Below, piece by piece: positions 1 to 13,700 of a DNA stretch of 64,000 nucleotides. A model generated the notes under the pieces. That model did no database searches and had not been told where the DNA came from. It worked only from the letters and a program-made list of their open reading frames with translations. Origin of the DNA: Antedon mediterranea. Taxonomy: Eukaryota > Animalia > Echinodermata. The stretch spans positions 4,464,001-4,528,000 of the forward strand of contig NC_092673.1 in assembly GCF_964355755.1 (NCBI RefSeq), read 5' to 3'. A program made the position numbers and the translations under genes. Every line of letters begins with the position of its first letter. The first letter of the stretch is position 1.

Positions 1-443
1 AGAATCTGTATTTGTTTTTTTACAGTGAAGTTACCTATTGTTAATGGCAATAAAATAGTTTTTTGGTAATAGTCTTGAATTTTCAAATACGAGAATTTTA
101 TTTTGCATTGATATTCTCAACACTCTGTAACATAGCCATAGTGGTGCATGACTGAGTGTTTGCTTATCTGATTGGTCGATTGATGCATATCAGGTGGTGC
201 CTCTCCATGCTGGCTCAGTTTTTTAGCTATATGATTGCTTGGAATTGACAAACTAGATGTATAATATATCTATGATATAATATCGTCTATTGAACGCCAT
301 GTGACCCACAATCGTCCAATCAAATGAAAGGAATCTATTTAGATGTTATATAATACAACATGATTGTAACGTACAGTAATGTAATAATATGAATCTCTTT
401 CTGAGACGCAATTTTGTACAAAATTTATTTATTTTCTTTGTAG

Positions 444-612
444 AAACTTATTCGAGCGTGTCATCACTCTTGATCTGCCACCTAAGAAGATCAAGTTCTT
501 CTTCAAGCGCTACCTGGACTATGAAAAGAAGTTTGGCGATGATGGTACAGTGAAAGCAGTAAAAGAAAAGGCTGTGAAATATGTTGAGAAGAAATCTTCA
601 GATCTTGGTTGA
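444..612 (+). CDS. PDCD11: Terminal coding exon of rRNA biogenesis protein RRP5 (rest of gene lies upstream of the window)
   Basis: After acceptor ttttctttgtag (441-443), translates [55 protein letters not shown], matching the C-terminal HAT/TPR end of RRP5 ([12 protein letters not shown] motif). AATAAA follows downstream. Confidence 0.92.
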
Positions 613-1151
613 ATTCGAGCAAGACTTTCCTGCAGTTGCATGTGATGAACTATTATGTACCTTATTGAGATAAATATACTTTTTCTGATATTTTTAATTA
701 TTTACAAAAAACTTGTGTAACAACGCATTTCTATGATTGAGGGTTTTGAATAAATTTGATCATAGCCTTTTTTCAGCAGAAAATCAATTTGAAAACTTAA
801 TTAAGGAAATCTAATAGTTTTCTAATTTTTTTTTAATGATAATTCATACAATTTACAAAATTACATAAAACAATAAAATTGTATTCAAATTGATGTATGA
901 ATTGGTAAATTATGTATGGGTGGTGTCCAAAATGTGTTTAATGATAACATTTAGGACAATACAATACTTTATTAAAAGACATTATTTTGAAACAAACGCT
1001 TTTGTTGTTAATTATCTAAATGTATTGTATAACACTTTACAAAATAGTGTTATACTGTGGTAGAACATGTCATATCTGTATGCTGCCCTCTTGTTTTATA
1101 TTAGGTCAATAGTGATTTCAATATTTTATTTTTCTTTTCCCTACTTTTAAG

Positions 1152-1351
1152 AAGCTTAAACTATCAAACTTTATGTGACAAAAAAAATTAGATGTGCCCA
1201 TATATGGACACGATGACGTCATATCACTACCATATTTGGGCATATCACTACCATATTTGGGCATATCACTACCATATTTGGGCATATCACTACCTTATTT
1301 GGGCACATCACACTTTTTTTGTCAAACAAGTATGTTAGTGTAGACAGAGCT
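1152..1351. mobile_element. MITE family A copy (Harbinger/PIF-type) with 21-bp internal repeats
   Basis: Degenerate left TIR, right TIR ...gtgtagacagagct, internal (catatcactaccatatttggg)n. Confidence 0.75.
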
Positions 1352-4300
1352 TTATGTAGAGACTGAATGATCTTATCTTTCTGTTCTTGAGGTACTACTC
1401 ACTCATGTGTATTCTTGTGTTAGGGTCACGTGAGTAATAATACTATTAATAGCATAATGTTCATGTTTACTTGAGCATTATGTATTTGAGACTAGTACTG
1501 AGCACACTAGCTATAAAGCTCTGTCTACTACACTATCAAATTTTATGTGACTAAAAAATGTGATGTGCCCATATATGGACATGATGATGTCATATCACTA
1601 CCATATTTTTAGGCGTATCACTACCATATTTGTGCACATCACAACTAGTTTGATTGTGTAAACAGAGCTTTAAGCCTGTATGGTCGTTCATTTCATTTCA
1701 TTTCTTTATTCGACAACAAGCAGTCCAGGGGTTGCGACAGCAACAGAGCGCCATAACACATTTGTGTGCACGTGAGCAACAAATTATTACTCGTTCAAAA
1801 TAGAATGCTTTTGCCAGTACCACTTATATTAGTATAGTTATATACTCTACTTTACATCTATTATTGGGGTTTATTTACTGGTACTTCACCCACAGAGGTA
1901 GGTCACCCGGTGGTATACATGTCGTATGTATAAGTATTTATTTATTTATTCCACATTTATTTAGTCATCAATTACAGTACATCATAATTACAGTACAACT
2001 GAAAACAGGGATCCTGCATAAAAAAGCTGTAGCTTCGTTTTTTTGTAGGACCCTTTTACATAAGAACAAGTATATAGAACTTAAATAAACAAAGGTGTTG
2101 TTAATCAGCATATAGTGATAAAAAGTATTTTTTGACCTGTTTTTTTATACATTTATTTTGTTTCTTTAAGATAACCGGTTTATTACCACCATTACAAGTG
2201 AATTCTTTCCACAATTTTGGTCCATATATGTGTATAGTCGAGATAAATTAACCAGCAGACCTTTTACAGACTATTTATATAGGTCTAAATGAAATAAAAT
2301 AAAGCATTATGATATGTTTTAATATGCCGTTTATGTATATCCTTGAAATATAGTAATCTTAGCACAGGCTGATTTGGTGCATTCCAATAGTAAATGTTAA
2401 TGTTGACGCCTGTTGGTTTTTTTTCACAGATCGTTATATAAATTAAAGCGATTAATATTTTTTTATATAAATGCCAATCAGAACCTAAATATAGATGGGT
2501 TCCGTAATTTTACCTATGATATACAGTATATCATATGTGACATAAAATAGACAAAGTACAGCACTATAAATAATATATTTACTTCTGGTCGTAAGGATAC
2601 GTACATGTGACGCGTATTTGAACGTTTATGTTAAGCTCTTCTTCTATCTGTCTACACTATCAAACTACTGTAGTTTGACAAAAAAATTGTGTGCCCAAAT
2701 ATGGCAGTGGTATGCCCAAATATGGTAGTGATATGACATCATCATGTCCATATATGGGCACATCACATTTTTGTCCATAAAGTTTGATAGTGTAGACAAT
2801 GCTTTACACGATGCGTTTACCGCGGAAACCCGAACTCCTCTCGGTGACAAAATCTTGTGTAAATTTAAGACGGTAGAAAAATTAGGTTTATATTTCAGTC
2901 AACATATCATTTTTCTGCATCGTAATAGACTTCAATTGAAAAGATTAGCAATTAAGCGGGAAAAAATAAACAAATCGGCATAAATGCTAAAACCTCTGGA
3001 GAGCAGTAAGCTCATCGTAACCGAGAACCTCAAGCGCATAAATAACAACGATACTTGGCCGAAATGGCAGTGTTTGTGTCCTTTGAAATACATCATTTAA
3101 TGGACTATGTAGGCCTAGAAATTAATTGATAAGAAGCTAGTTGAAACCTATTTGAGGGTTGGTTTTCACTCGATGTACTCTTTAATGGAAACCAGACTCC
3201 AGCTTCAAATATCTTGAATCCTAATGATATATATCCGAGATCATGAATGTTCATTGTAAACTTTTAACTGTTCATTTTATAAGTCCTTGTTTATTATTGT
3301 TATAAAAAGTCCATGTGCTTGAAATCAAACTCAATCAACCGCCTTTTATCTTATAAATAATATAATCGAATTACTGTACCTATTTTTATCAAATCGTTTC
3401 AGACACCATTTATCGAGTGTTTATCCTACAGTAGGCCCACATTGAAACAATGATTAAAAACACGTTTTTATATTAACGTTTTTTATATATGTAAAAAGAA
3501 ATTGTTGAAGACGAACAAATATATATTGAAATAAATTATAAAATTATGTGTATAAAGATCTGTCTACCCTATCAAACTAGTTTGACAAAAAAAAGTGTGA
3601 TGTACCTATGGTAGGGATATGCCAAAATATGGTAGTGATATGCGGTTATGTGCATATATGAGCAAATCACATTTGTTTGTCACATAAAGTTTGATAGTGT
3701 AGACAGCTTAACACTGACAAAAACAAAAATATTAATGTGACTCCAATGGCGTTTTTGATACTAATATCGTTTGATTTTAGCAGATAAACACTAGTAATAC
3801 TAATGTATAGGAAACGTTTCCGTTTCTATTTCGATCTCTTGTACAAAATACATTAAATAGAGACTAATTTTTCTGGTAACAGTTACAATTATAAGTTCCG
3901 ATTATAAGTTACTGACGCTAAAATATACCCTCCTCTCTGATGCCTCATTATATCAATTCACATTTTAACTTTTAAGATCAATAATAATTCTTTATGTTAC
4001 CAGTGCAATGCAATAACTATTAGAGTAACGGGATCCTGACATAAAAAGTTACACTCCGGACCTCCAAAGGTGAAATGGATGTACACTGCTGACCCACCAA
4101 TGCGTCTCAGGGGCAGTTTACATATACCTGGTAGGCCCAGGTCTACACTTTACACTCTTAACCTCTTTGAAGAAAATACTATTTAATTGAAAACAGAAGT
4201 TTTATTTTCACCATTTTCACCATCGGAGATTGAGAAGAAACGTTTACTAGTTATATATTAAAGTGTATTTATTATTAGAACCGATAGAAAAATATTAATT

Positions 4301-4765
4301 CAAAATATTAATACGAAATCGTGTTGTTTTGTATATAAAATTAAACGTTGAACTATTATAAGACTATTGTGCGCGTATTTAAAACTTGGGATTTAGCGGA
4401 TGGATACGCATTACTATCTCATTTATTCCACGTTTGTTTTGGTCAACGAAACGATGGACATTTAAATTCTCTTCAATTTACGTCTATTAAAGTATTCATT
4501 TATTTTTAGATGCAACGTATCTCCTGGTTGTTTGTTTATTTACACTCGAATGGTATTTTTATTTTTATTATTAGTATTAATACTTATATATAGATGTCAT
4601 TAATAATTACTTATTAAATTCTTCCGGCTGTAAACAGTACACAGTATAGACAATAAGAAAATAAAGTCTTAGAGAGCAAATGTTTACCTAAGCAAGTTTA
4701 ATTGTCATCATAGCAAGGCACAGGAACAAATAAATAAATCCAAAAACATTTAAGTATAAGACATG

Positions 4766-5000
4766 AGTTGGATAGCCGAATGGTTAGGACACTTGACTGT
4801 CATACAGATAGACCCGGGTTCAATTCCCGACAACTCCCAGTCCACTCAGCTGTAAATGAGTACCTGGTTGAAAATACTACGGAGAAAAAAAAGGCGGCGT
4901 GGAAAGGAACTGGCCACCCTACTACCACATAATGCCGAGGCTAGTACAATGAGCTCCTAACAGCTCATTCCCCTACGTTCAGAGAACACGGGACTCACCT
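4766..5000 (+). mobile_element. tRNA-derived SINE with target-site duplication
   Basis: A box TAGCCGAATGG and B box GGTTCAATTCC in the head, then ~170 bp of non-tRNA body. Direct repeat TATAAGACATG at 4755-4765 and 5001-5011. Confidence 0.85.
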
Positions 5001-5918
5001 TATAAGACATGTGCAGTCAGTGTTTTAATACATTTTAAATTTTAATGGATGCTATGTAAATGAATTTGAACAAGGCAATTAATGAGGGATAAAGGTAGGA
5101 CAAAATATTGGTTTTATTGTTTTTTTCATTCATGGTGATACCTCATCAGCATTGAGTGGTTTTAGTGTTCACAAACCAACACGTATCAAAATATAAAAAG
5201 TAAGATCTCGGTACCAATTTACCGTTAACCATTATAAACAAAAATATATCCACGTTTACAAAATAGATACTATAAATCATAATCATATCAGATATTGTAC
5301 GCGCATTAATATTGATGGCAATCAGTGTACACAAAGACGTTATAAGCTCTTTCTACACTATCAAACTAGTTTGACAAAAAAGCCAAATATGGTAGAGATA
5401 TGCTCAAATATGGCACTGATATGACATCATCGTGTCCATATATGGGCACAGAAAGTTTGATAGTGTAGACAAAGCTTAACGCTTTAAAATAAGTACAGCA
5501 GTACGCGTGGAAGAGAGTGCAGAAAAAAATACTAAAGTCGTGAATAATAACTGGATCATTTTGAGGTTGGACCTAGAGTATAATTAATCATTATACATTC
5601 GGTAATCGGTTAACAATGTTTTAACGACAATTTAACACTGCATTCCAAAGCTCTTGAGTAAGTTAATTGGCCACCAGAATACAAACCACACACGACACAA
5701 ACCAAATATATTGCCCTGATCTGGTTTCTGTAACTTGTTTGAATGGTCTCAAATTTACACAAGTTCAAGGCGTGGAAAACAATTAAAACGCCACAAATTT
5801 GTTAGCAATCAGAAACACGGATAGAAACATTGGCCTTTCTACTGCTGAACAACGAAATAACCTAAAAAGGCCCCAACAATGCGTTCGTAGAAGCAGCGTT
5901 GGGTGGCCCTTTAAGTAA

Positions 5919-6111
5919 TGGTTCCCACTAGCGACGCAACCTACGTAACGTAAGAAAATGCCCTTCCAATAATTTTGTTTGGCCCCGCATGCGTGAAATC
6001 AAACCTGTGATGTTTGCAGTACTATTGCGTCGTCGGTTCCCACTTGTGATTACGCAATACAGCACTTTGCGTCGATACGTCGCTGCGTTGCGTTTTAGTG
6101 GGAACCACGCT
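5919..6111. mobile_element. MITE family B variant (GGTTCCCACTA TIR)
   Basis: tggttcccactagcgacgcaac ... gttgcgttttagtgggaaccacgct, with a different interior from the main family B copies. Confidence 0.7.
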
Positions 6112-6623
6112 TTAGGAGTACACAAACCAGGGGAATTTCCCTGCGTTATTCCACTGGGCATACTGGAACACCGATAGTGGATGTGACTATACGAAAATAT
6201 TACAGTATCAACTATTACAGTGATCAATATACGGTACCACATTTAAATATAGGCCTAGCGCCTACTCGTCATCAACAGGTAATAGGTTCGAATCCAGACA
6301 GACATTTTTCATAAAATAAGGAGACGACTTGATCATAAATAAATTTATTTAACAGAAACTTTAATATCTGCGTTAGATACAATAATACTTAGATTAGATA
6401 CATGTAATATTTAAATAAATGACCCAAGTTCTTATAACTTTCAAAATACGTAACATTTTGATAAACATGGCATGAAATAATACTATCGGCTCTTTGATTT
6501 CGTAGGCGTTTAAAATAAATTTGCAATATGAGATTGACCATTCCTCAGTCTGTGTATAAAGATATGCATTTTTGTATTTCAAAAGGTATGAGAGTATGAA
6601 ACAATGCCAATATATAGGCCCAA

Positions 6624-6812
6624 AGGCCAATTTACACAGACGACCGGCAACGGTAATAAAACTATAGAATCTATGTTATTACTTCTGATCATTTACACAC
6701 AACGCGGAGAGAACGAGCGGGCGGTTTCCGCTCAGGATAGATACAGATTCTACGTGGGACAAGCTGCGCGGTTTTCCGCTTACCGTTACCGCTCGTCTGT
6801 GTAAATTGGCCT
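6624..6812. mobile_element. MITE with 20-bp TIR (Harbinger-like)
   Basis: AGGCCAATTTACACAGACGA / TCGTCTGTGTAAATTGGCCT perfect inverted termini, extending imperfectly inward. Confidence 0.75.
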
Positions 6813-7733
6813 ATATTATTACTGTGTACAGATACCGCATTACAATTAATTTAACGCATTACAGGCGCAACATACATGGTACGGAGTTAGAAGCAGTATA
6901 TGTATACAAACTATTACAACGGGGAAATAGAATGCACCAGCTTAAACAAAATGTATACGGTATACTGGAGTTTGTTTATTCCAATGCAAAAACAAATCCA
7001 ATTGCCATTTGAAAAATATTTAACTTTGTTTTATTTTCTGTATACCAGGCATATTATTAGCCTGTAAGAAATTGCATGTACTGTGAACAAGATTAAATTA
7101 AAAGAGACCTATTTATTAACCAATCAACCGTATGGAATCTTATAACATGTGGCTAACAAATCCGCAAACCAATAAAGAGTAGCACATCGTGACATTAGAT
7201 ATCGCCATCCCTTTAATTTATCTCATCAAAGATCGAGAAATAGATCAGTTTTTCAAACTAGAATATTCTAAGCTATTACTTGTCATTGCCGCTTTTTCAT
7301 TTCCATCAATTAAGATAAACAGTACCATGCTTGAGAAGGCGTCTAGCACACGGTCCTAAATCCAGCTTAATTGGAAAGTTTGTAACGTTTTACACATGAT
7401 GTATCAAGAGATAAACGATCGTATGTGATGTTGGCACACACCTTATTTGTAATCAGCACTTGACCGACATATTACCCTTTCCCGCCAACTTTGTCAGTAG
7501 AATTTGTCGTCTGTAAGTACACTTGTTTCAATCGAGTGCCAATTACTTTATGAATTAAAATGGATGGATGCATTTCAATTTATGTAAGCTCTATTACAAA
7601 TTTCACTCTTCTTCTTTTTCTAATCGGGTTTCATCCGACTCTTCATAAAGTTTTCGTTCTGTATTTTGTCATCATCATCTACAGCTTCTGAATAACGTTA
7701 TATAATAATAATCTCTATATTCAGCGTAACTCA

Positions 7734-10700
7734 TTACCTATCTCTTAAGCCTAAATACGATGTCTGTTCTACTGTTATGCTTTCGTTCGATTTTATGTCG
7801 ATAATATCAATCTCTGATTCAGTTTTTTCTTTTTCAATTGGTACTGAAAATTCGTCTGTTTTCTGTAATTGTTCTTTTTCCAGTTGTTCGTTTTCTTTAC
7901 AATCCGCAAGCTCTGGCCAATCAGAACTCGTATTGTTGACGTCACTTTTTTTTCCGCCATTATCTATTGGTTCATGTTCATCTTTCGTGCCAGGTCGCTG
8001 TTGGTCACTTCGTTTCATTGATTCCAAATGTCGTGGCCCTCCTATTTTATGTTCTGCTGCCTCTGAATTTGAAATTCCTTCTAATTTCTTCCATTTTGTT
8101 CGACGATTCTGAAACCATATTTTTACCTAAAAAATGAAATGTATTATATTGTATTAGGCCTATATTGATACCTTATGTAATAATTACAACAAAATAAAAT
8201 CAAGTTTGTAACATTGTAATAATTTTCGCAATTTATTATACTGTCGCAATTTATTATACTGTGGCAATTTATTATACTGTCGCAATTTATTATACTGTCG
8301 CACTTTGTAATAGTCGTCGCACTTTATAATACTGTCGCACTATGTAATAATCGTAGCACTTTGCAATACTGTCGCACTCTGTAAATCGTCGCACTTTATA
8401 ATGCTGCCGCACTATGTAATAATTGTCGCATTTTATAATACTGTTGTACTGTCGCACTGTGTAATAATCGTCGCACTTTATAATACTGTCGCACGCACTC
8501 TGAAATAATCGTCGCACTTTATAATACTGTCGCACTCTGAAATAATCGTCGCACTTTATAATACTGTCGCACTATGTAATAATCGTCGCACTTTATAATA
8601 CTGTCGCACTATGTAATAATCGTCGCACTTTATAATACTGTCGCACTGTGTAATAATCGTCGCACTTTATAATACTGTCGCACTCTGAAATAATCGTCGC
8701 ACTTTATAATACTGTCGCACTCTGAAATAATCGTCGCACTTTATAATACTGTCGCACTCTGAAATAATTGTCGCACTTTATAATACTGTTGTACTGTCGC
8801 ACTGTGTAATAGTCGTCGCACTTTATAATACTGTCGCACTCTGAAATAATCGTCGCACTTTATAATACTGTCGCACTCTGAAATAATCGCCGCACTTTAT
8901 AATACTGTCGCACTCTGAAATAATCGTCACACTTTATAATACTGTCGCACTATGTAATAACCGACGCACTTTATAATACTGTCGCATTATGTAATAATTT
9001 AAAATTAAATGCCATGTGGTGAGTATAGTGCAGTACATATCACGTACTTTATAAACTATAAATATTACCCAATATAAAAATAGCGGCCACATAATTATAT
9101 TTACCTGTTGTTATTTCCTGCGTTTGTTTTTAAGAAATTAAAGTAATCCCATCTTATAACTAAAACGCATTTATTCTCAATAACAACAAGTCTATTTTGA
9201 TACTTCGTGTATTCCTAGAGTGTATGTCTTCAAGAAAGCCACTTTAATCCATGCTACTATCGCCTCTATTTGTTTTGAATCTCACAATTCTCAGGCGTCA
9301 AATCAGACTGGCTGGTGACGAGATGCGTCGCGCAATCCAAATCAAAATCGTATCTTACATTTCCAGCTAACAAAACGTCATCAAAATCACTATAAGTAAG
9401 CTATATTTTTTGTAAATAAATTAATTAAACTAATTTCGGATTTAAGACGTGTTTGGATGTAAAATTTGCTTCCTTATGAATGGTACCGATTATTATTTTA
9501 ATAATATCACTTTGGCAGTGACGTAATGATGAGAACTGTTAAATCAAGCGTGACAAATTCCTTATTTTTGGGCTTAAATCGACATAAATTAATTTCTGCT
9601 AATGATAACCAAAAATGCTTTGAATGAATTATACAAATGTTTAGAATGCAAATTATTATATTCTCAAACTATTATTGTTTGTAGATAGATCTAGCAAAAA
9701 TGATTAAGCCTAGAGCATGTTCGACAGCTGAACTGTGTCCACATTGAAAGTAGCCGCTTCCGTGTCCAGCTTGCCGGAAAGTGTAGCTACAAGGAAAGGT
9801 TCAACTAACCTCTATCAAGTCACAACGATAAATAGATTTCACTTTAGGCGATTGGCCTATTAAAAGGACAAACTTTAAGAGGTTTAATGAAGAGGAAAAT
9901 AGATCGACAATGAAGAAGCATTTAAAATCCTCTTTACACCTGTATAAAGCACCGATCCGTTTAGGTCATTGTGAGTCTCAATTAGTTAAGTATAGTCTTA
10001 CAAAAGGCGCGTAAAATCATTAAACGATTTAAGGGGGTAGTCTGCACTGATTGCCACCCACTTCATAATTAAAGAATAATTTACAAAATCATGTTCATTA
10101 AAGTAAGACAACTTTATTATTTTCAAAACAAGAATTTCCATGCTCGATATGTTGAGATGTAATTAACAATGTAAACGGAGATACTGGTCAAATACGGTAA
10201 ACGAAGACGATAAATGCTAGCATTCACAAACACACACATAACGGAGTCAACGTAATTCTTTAATAAAAAGGACGGTACTTTCTCGGACACAATAATCATA
10301 GCAAATTATATCAAATGTTTTGGATTCGAATATTTTATCTTTAAAAAAAAATATCCAATGGTTCTGCTCGCAGATTTCAAAATGTTGATTGTATAAGTCG
10401 TTTTGACGAAGCATTCGGATCCATCATCTAATTTATAATACAACAAGATCAACACAATAGTTGATTAGCAATTATATCTTGTTATGTATTTTCATTTCCT
10501 AATATCGTTGTCTGTAATTGAAGCAAAACCTGCAATCTGGTGATTAACAAACAACCATTACAATTATTAAATGCCCTCACGTTTCACTGAGTAATAATTT
10601 TGGTATTATTAAAATGTTATACGTAGGTGTATACCATCTCTTAAACGTTGTTTGCAATCAATTACATCAATTGATATAGTTGACAAGGTAGTTTTAATAG

Positions 10701-13700
10701 GTTTCGTATGTATAGTTTACATAACTTAATCAAATTTAATGATCAATTATGTTTGTCAACGAATATAATAATTCATCATTAGTAGAATTAAAAATAAACA
10801 TCGTGTTAGTTAAAACAGATAGCATAAAGCTCTGTCTAAACTATCAAATGTATGCGACAAACAAATGTGACGTGCCCATATAGGGACATGATGATGTAAT
10901 ATCAATACCATATTTGGGAATATCACTACCATTATTTGGAAACATCACACATTTCTTGTCAAACTAGTTTGATAGTGTGGACAGAGCTTTAGATCGTTTT
11001 TTATTCTTCTATCGGTTTAGTAATTTTGTAGTTGAGGGTGCGTCACACGACCGCAGAAATTCACGGCTAGAACAAAATCATATTCATTTTCTATTCAATA
11101 TTGATCCATTATTAACACCGTAATCAGTCGATTTTAATGATACGAATATCTTGCATGGCTGCGGTCTATTGTGCCCAGCGTATACACCTATACGAATAAG
11201 TAAGATTGCCTTTTTTGTGGGCGGAGATTCATTAAAAGTACGAGTAATTTGAGTTAATAGAAAACAATACAAAAATGTAATTTGTATGCATGGGTCTTAC
11301 CTGTGTATCTGTTACTTTTAACATTGCGGCCATTTCTGCTCGTTCACTTGCCGATAAATACTTTTTGCCTTCAAACTGCTTTTCAAGTTCAAATATCTGT
11401 CGACCTGTGAACGTGGTTCGTGCCTTTTTCTTCTTCTCGACACACTCCGCATCTTTCCCCAATTTTCTTTTCGTGGGTTTTTCTCTGGATTTACCTACAA
11501 AACAAATGTTGAAAGATGAAATTTTTCTTTCTCATCCCACATTAAAATTGTTTTAATACCACTCGTAGTTGGAACTATAGAACAATAGTCAATATTGTCA
11601 ATAGTCAATAACAATCAATATTTGGACATGAATGTCAAATCACAACCATATGTAGGTATATCACTACCATATTTTGGCACATCACACTTTTTTTGTCAAA
11701 CTAATTTAGAGATAAATAGACAGAGCTTTAGGCTGATGCATGGCACTCTTTTTTTTACATTAATTATTAAAAGTAAAAAAAAATATATATATATATTATT
11801 ATACTGTATCATTCATTATCGTTAGTTAGTCTGGGTTCCAGACGGAGTTTTGACTTAACATTAGTAAAAATATAAATATTTTGCCACATATGGCGTTTCA
11901 TACGTATACTACTTGAGCTTGTAAACTCTTCCTCCTGTATTTCAGGACAAAAATCGAAACTCCGACTCCGTTAGTATAGGCCTACATACCGCTTTTAAAT
12001 GTACAGTAAACAAGATCCCTACGGAGAACTAATTAAGATGACGTTATTTGTTTGTGTTTAACCAAATAAGAGTAGGCCTCAATGTAAATAAGTAAATCAG
12101 ATAGGCAATTGTAAACTATTTATCATATACAGTATCTATGTAATTATTTTAGAAACATCACAAGTGTCGTGATAAATAATAATAAATAATTATTTCATTA
12201 AATAAAACCTTCCATGTACTTTTTAAAATAATATTTAAAGTTTAAAAAAATACCATCATTTTAGTAATTATTAGTCTATAGGAATAGCAGATAATACAAA
12301 TAATACCGCTAAAATTATAAAGAAGACGTATAAAAGATAAGTGTCATCAGAAATATGGTTAGGCACATGTTTAGATGTTGAGCCTAGAGGCCTACGCTGT
12401 TAGGCTTATGTTGTGCCCGATACATTTACACAAACAAATCAAACGGCTACGGGTAAGCATCGTCACGTGACTCTGACGTACAAACATTAAAAATATCACA
12501 ATAATTAACAAAAGTTAATCGAACGTTAATATGATGATGTCATACAACTAATGGACCAATCACAGGGGATGTATATTTTTAAGGCTATTATGTTGCCTGT
12601 GTATTTTTAATTGATTCTTAATTACTGTGCCGTCGACCTGGTTTTTCATATCGATATAAAAAATGACCCGTCACTTCAAAGGGTTACCGACTTTATTTAT
12701 TCCTGTATGTATCTTTCTGTGGTTAACGGTAAAAGGTTGTAAATTATTATTTCCAACAAAACCCATTGTCATCTGACACAATTAACAAACTATACCGAAA
12801 ATATATAATGCTCTGTTGTTAAATGTACTGCTCTATCGAATGATTCTATCATTCATTATAAACATACTAAACAATACTCAGAAGTAATTACCATGTAATG
12901 TGACGTGACAACCAGTCAGATTGTATATTGATGTTTTTCTGTACAAGATACCGTAGCTAATTTGATAATACATGTTTATTAAGACATTACAGCCTTTTGA
13001 TCGATGTATTTAAAATATTGGGTTAAGTATTATTATATTTTCTATATTTTACTATCAACAGCATCAACATAATTATTTTCTTATATCATATATCCTATTA
13101 TTGAAATCTGAACAAGGGGCGATTTTTCATCTCTCCATTTCGCAGTACGAACATACGAAATAAATGTTACCATGTTATTATTGTTATAAATAAAATTATA
13201 AAAAAGGTATCGAAAGCAAATGTCGTGTTTAAAGTGCATGTAGCAAAAGAATGTGTTTAAAATGCGGCCTATAAAGAGCTGAATTAAAGATAACAGGATT
13301 TACAAACAGGGTATAAATCTCTGTCTACCTACACTATCAAACTATTTGACAAAAACGATATTAGTAGATTATGGTAGTGATAAGCCTAAGATAGTGATAT
13401 GACATCACCGTGTCCATATATGGGCACATCACATATGTTTGATAAGTGTAGACTGAGCTTAAAACAGGGTAAAAGTAAATCTAGCAGGCATAATGAAGAC
13501 ATTCTAAACCGATAGGCCATACTAGAAATTAATCAATTATAACGGTAAAGGTGAGGAAATCAGTTAAATTCATGTGGGAGAAACTTTATTTTGCTTGTAT
13601 TCAGACGCACAATTACCGTTACATATCTGAAATTGAGAGACACTAATGACTTACATTTTATCGTTACAGATTCACAATTGAAGATTCTTAACTAAACGAT

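Noticed and set aside
4766-4835. tRNA gene
   Set aside because: The tRNA-like head continues into a non-tRNA body and the whole unit is bounded by a TSD, so it is a SINE.
11301-11440. Assignment of the homeobox to NK6, Hhex or NK1
   Set aside because: [17 protein letters not shown] and the [12 protein letters not shown] flank fit NK7. Hhex has GGQVRFS and NK6 has RPTFSGQQIF.
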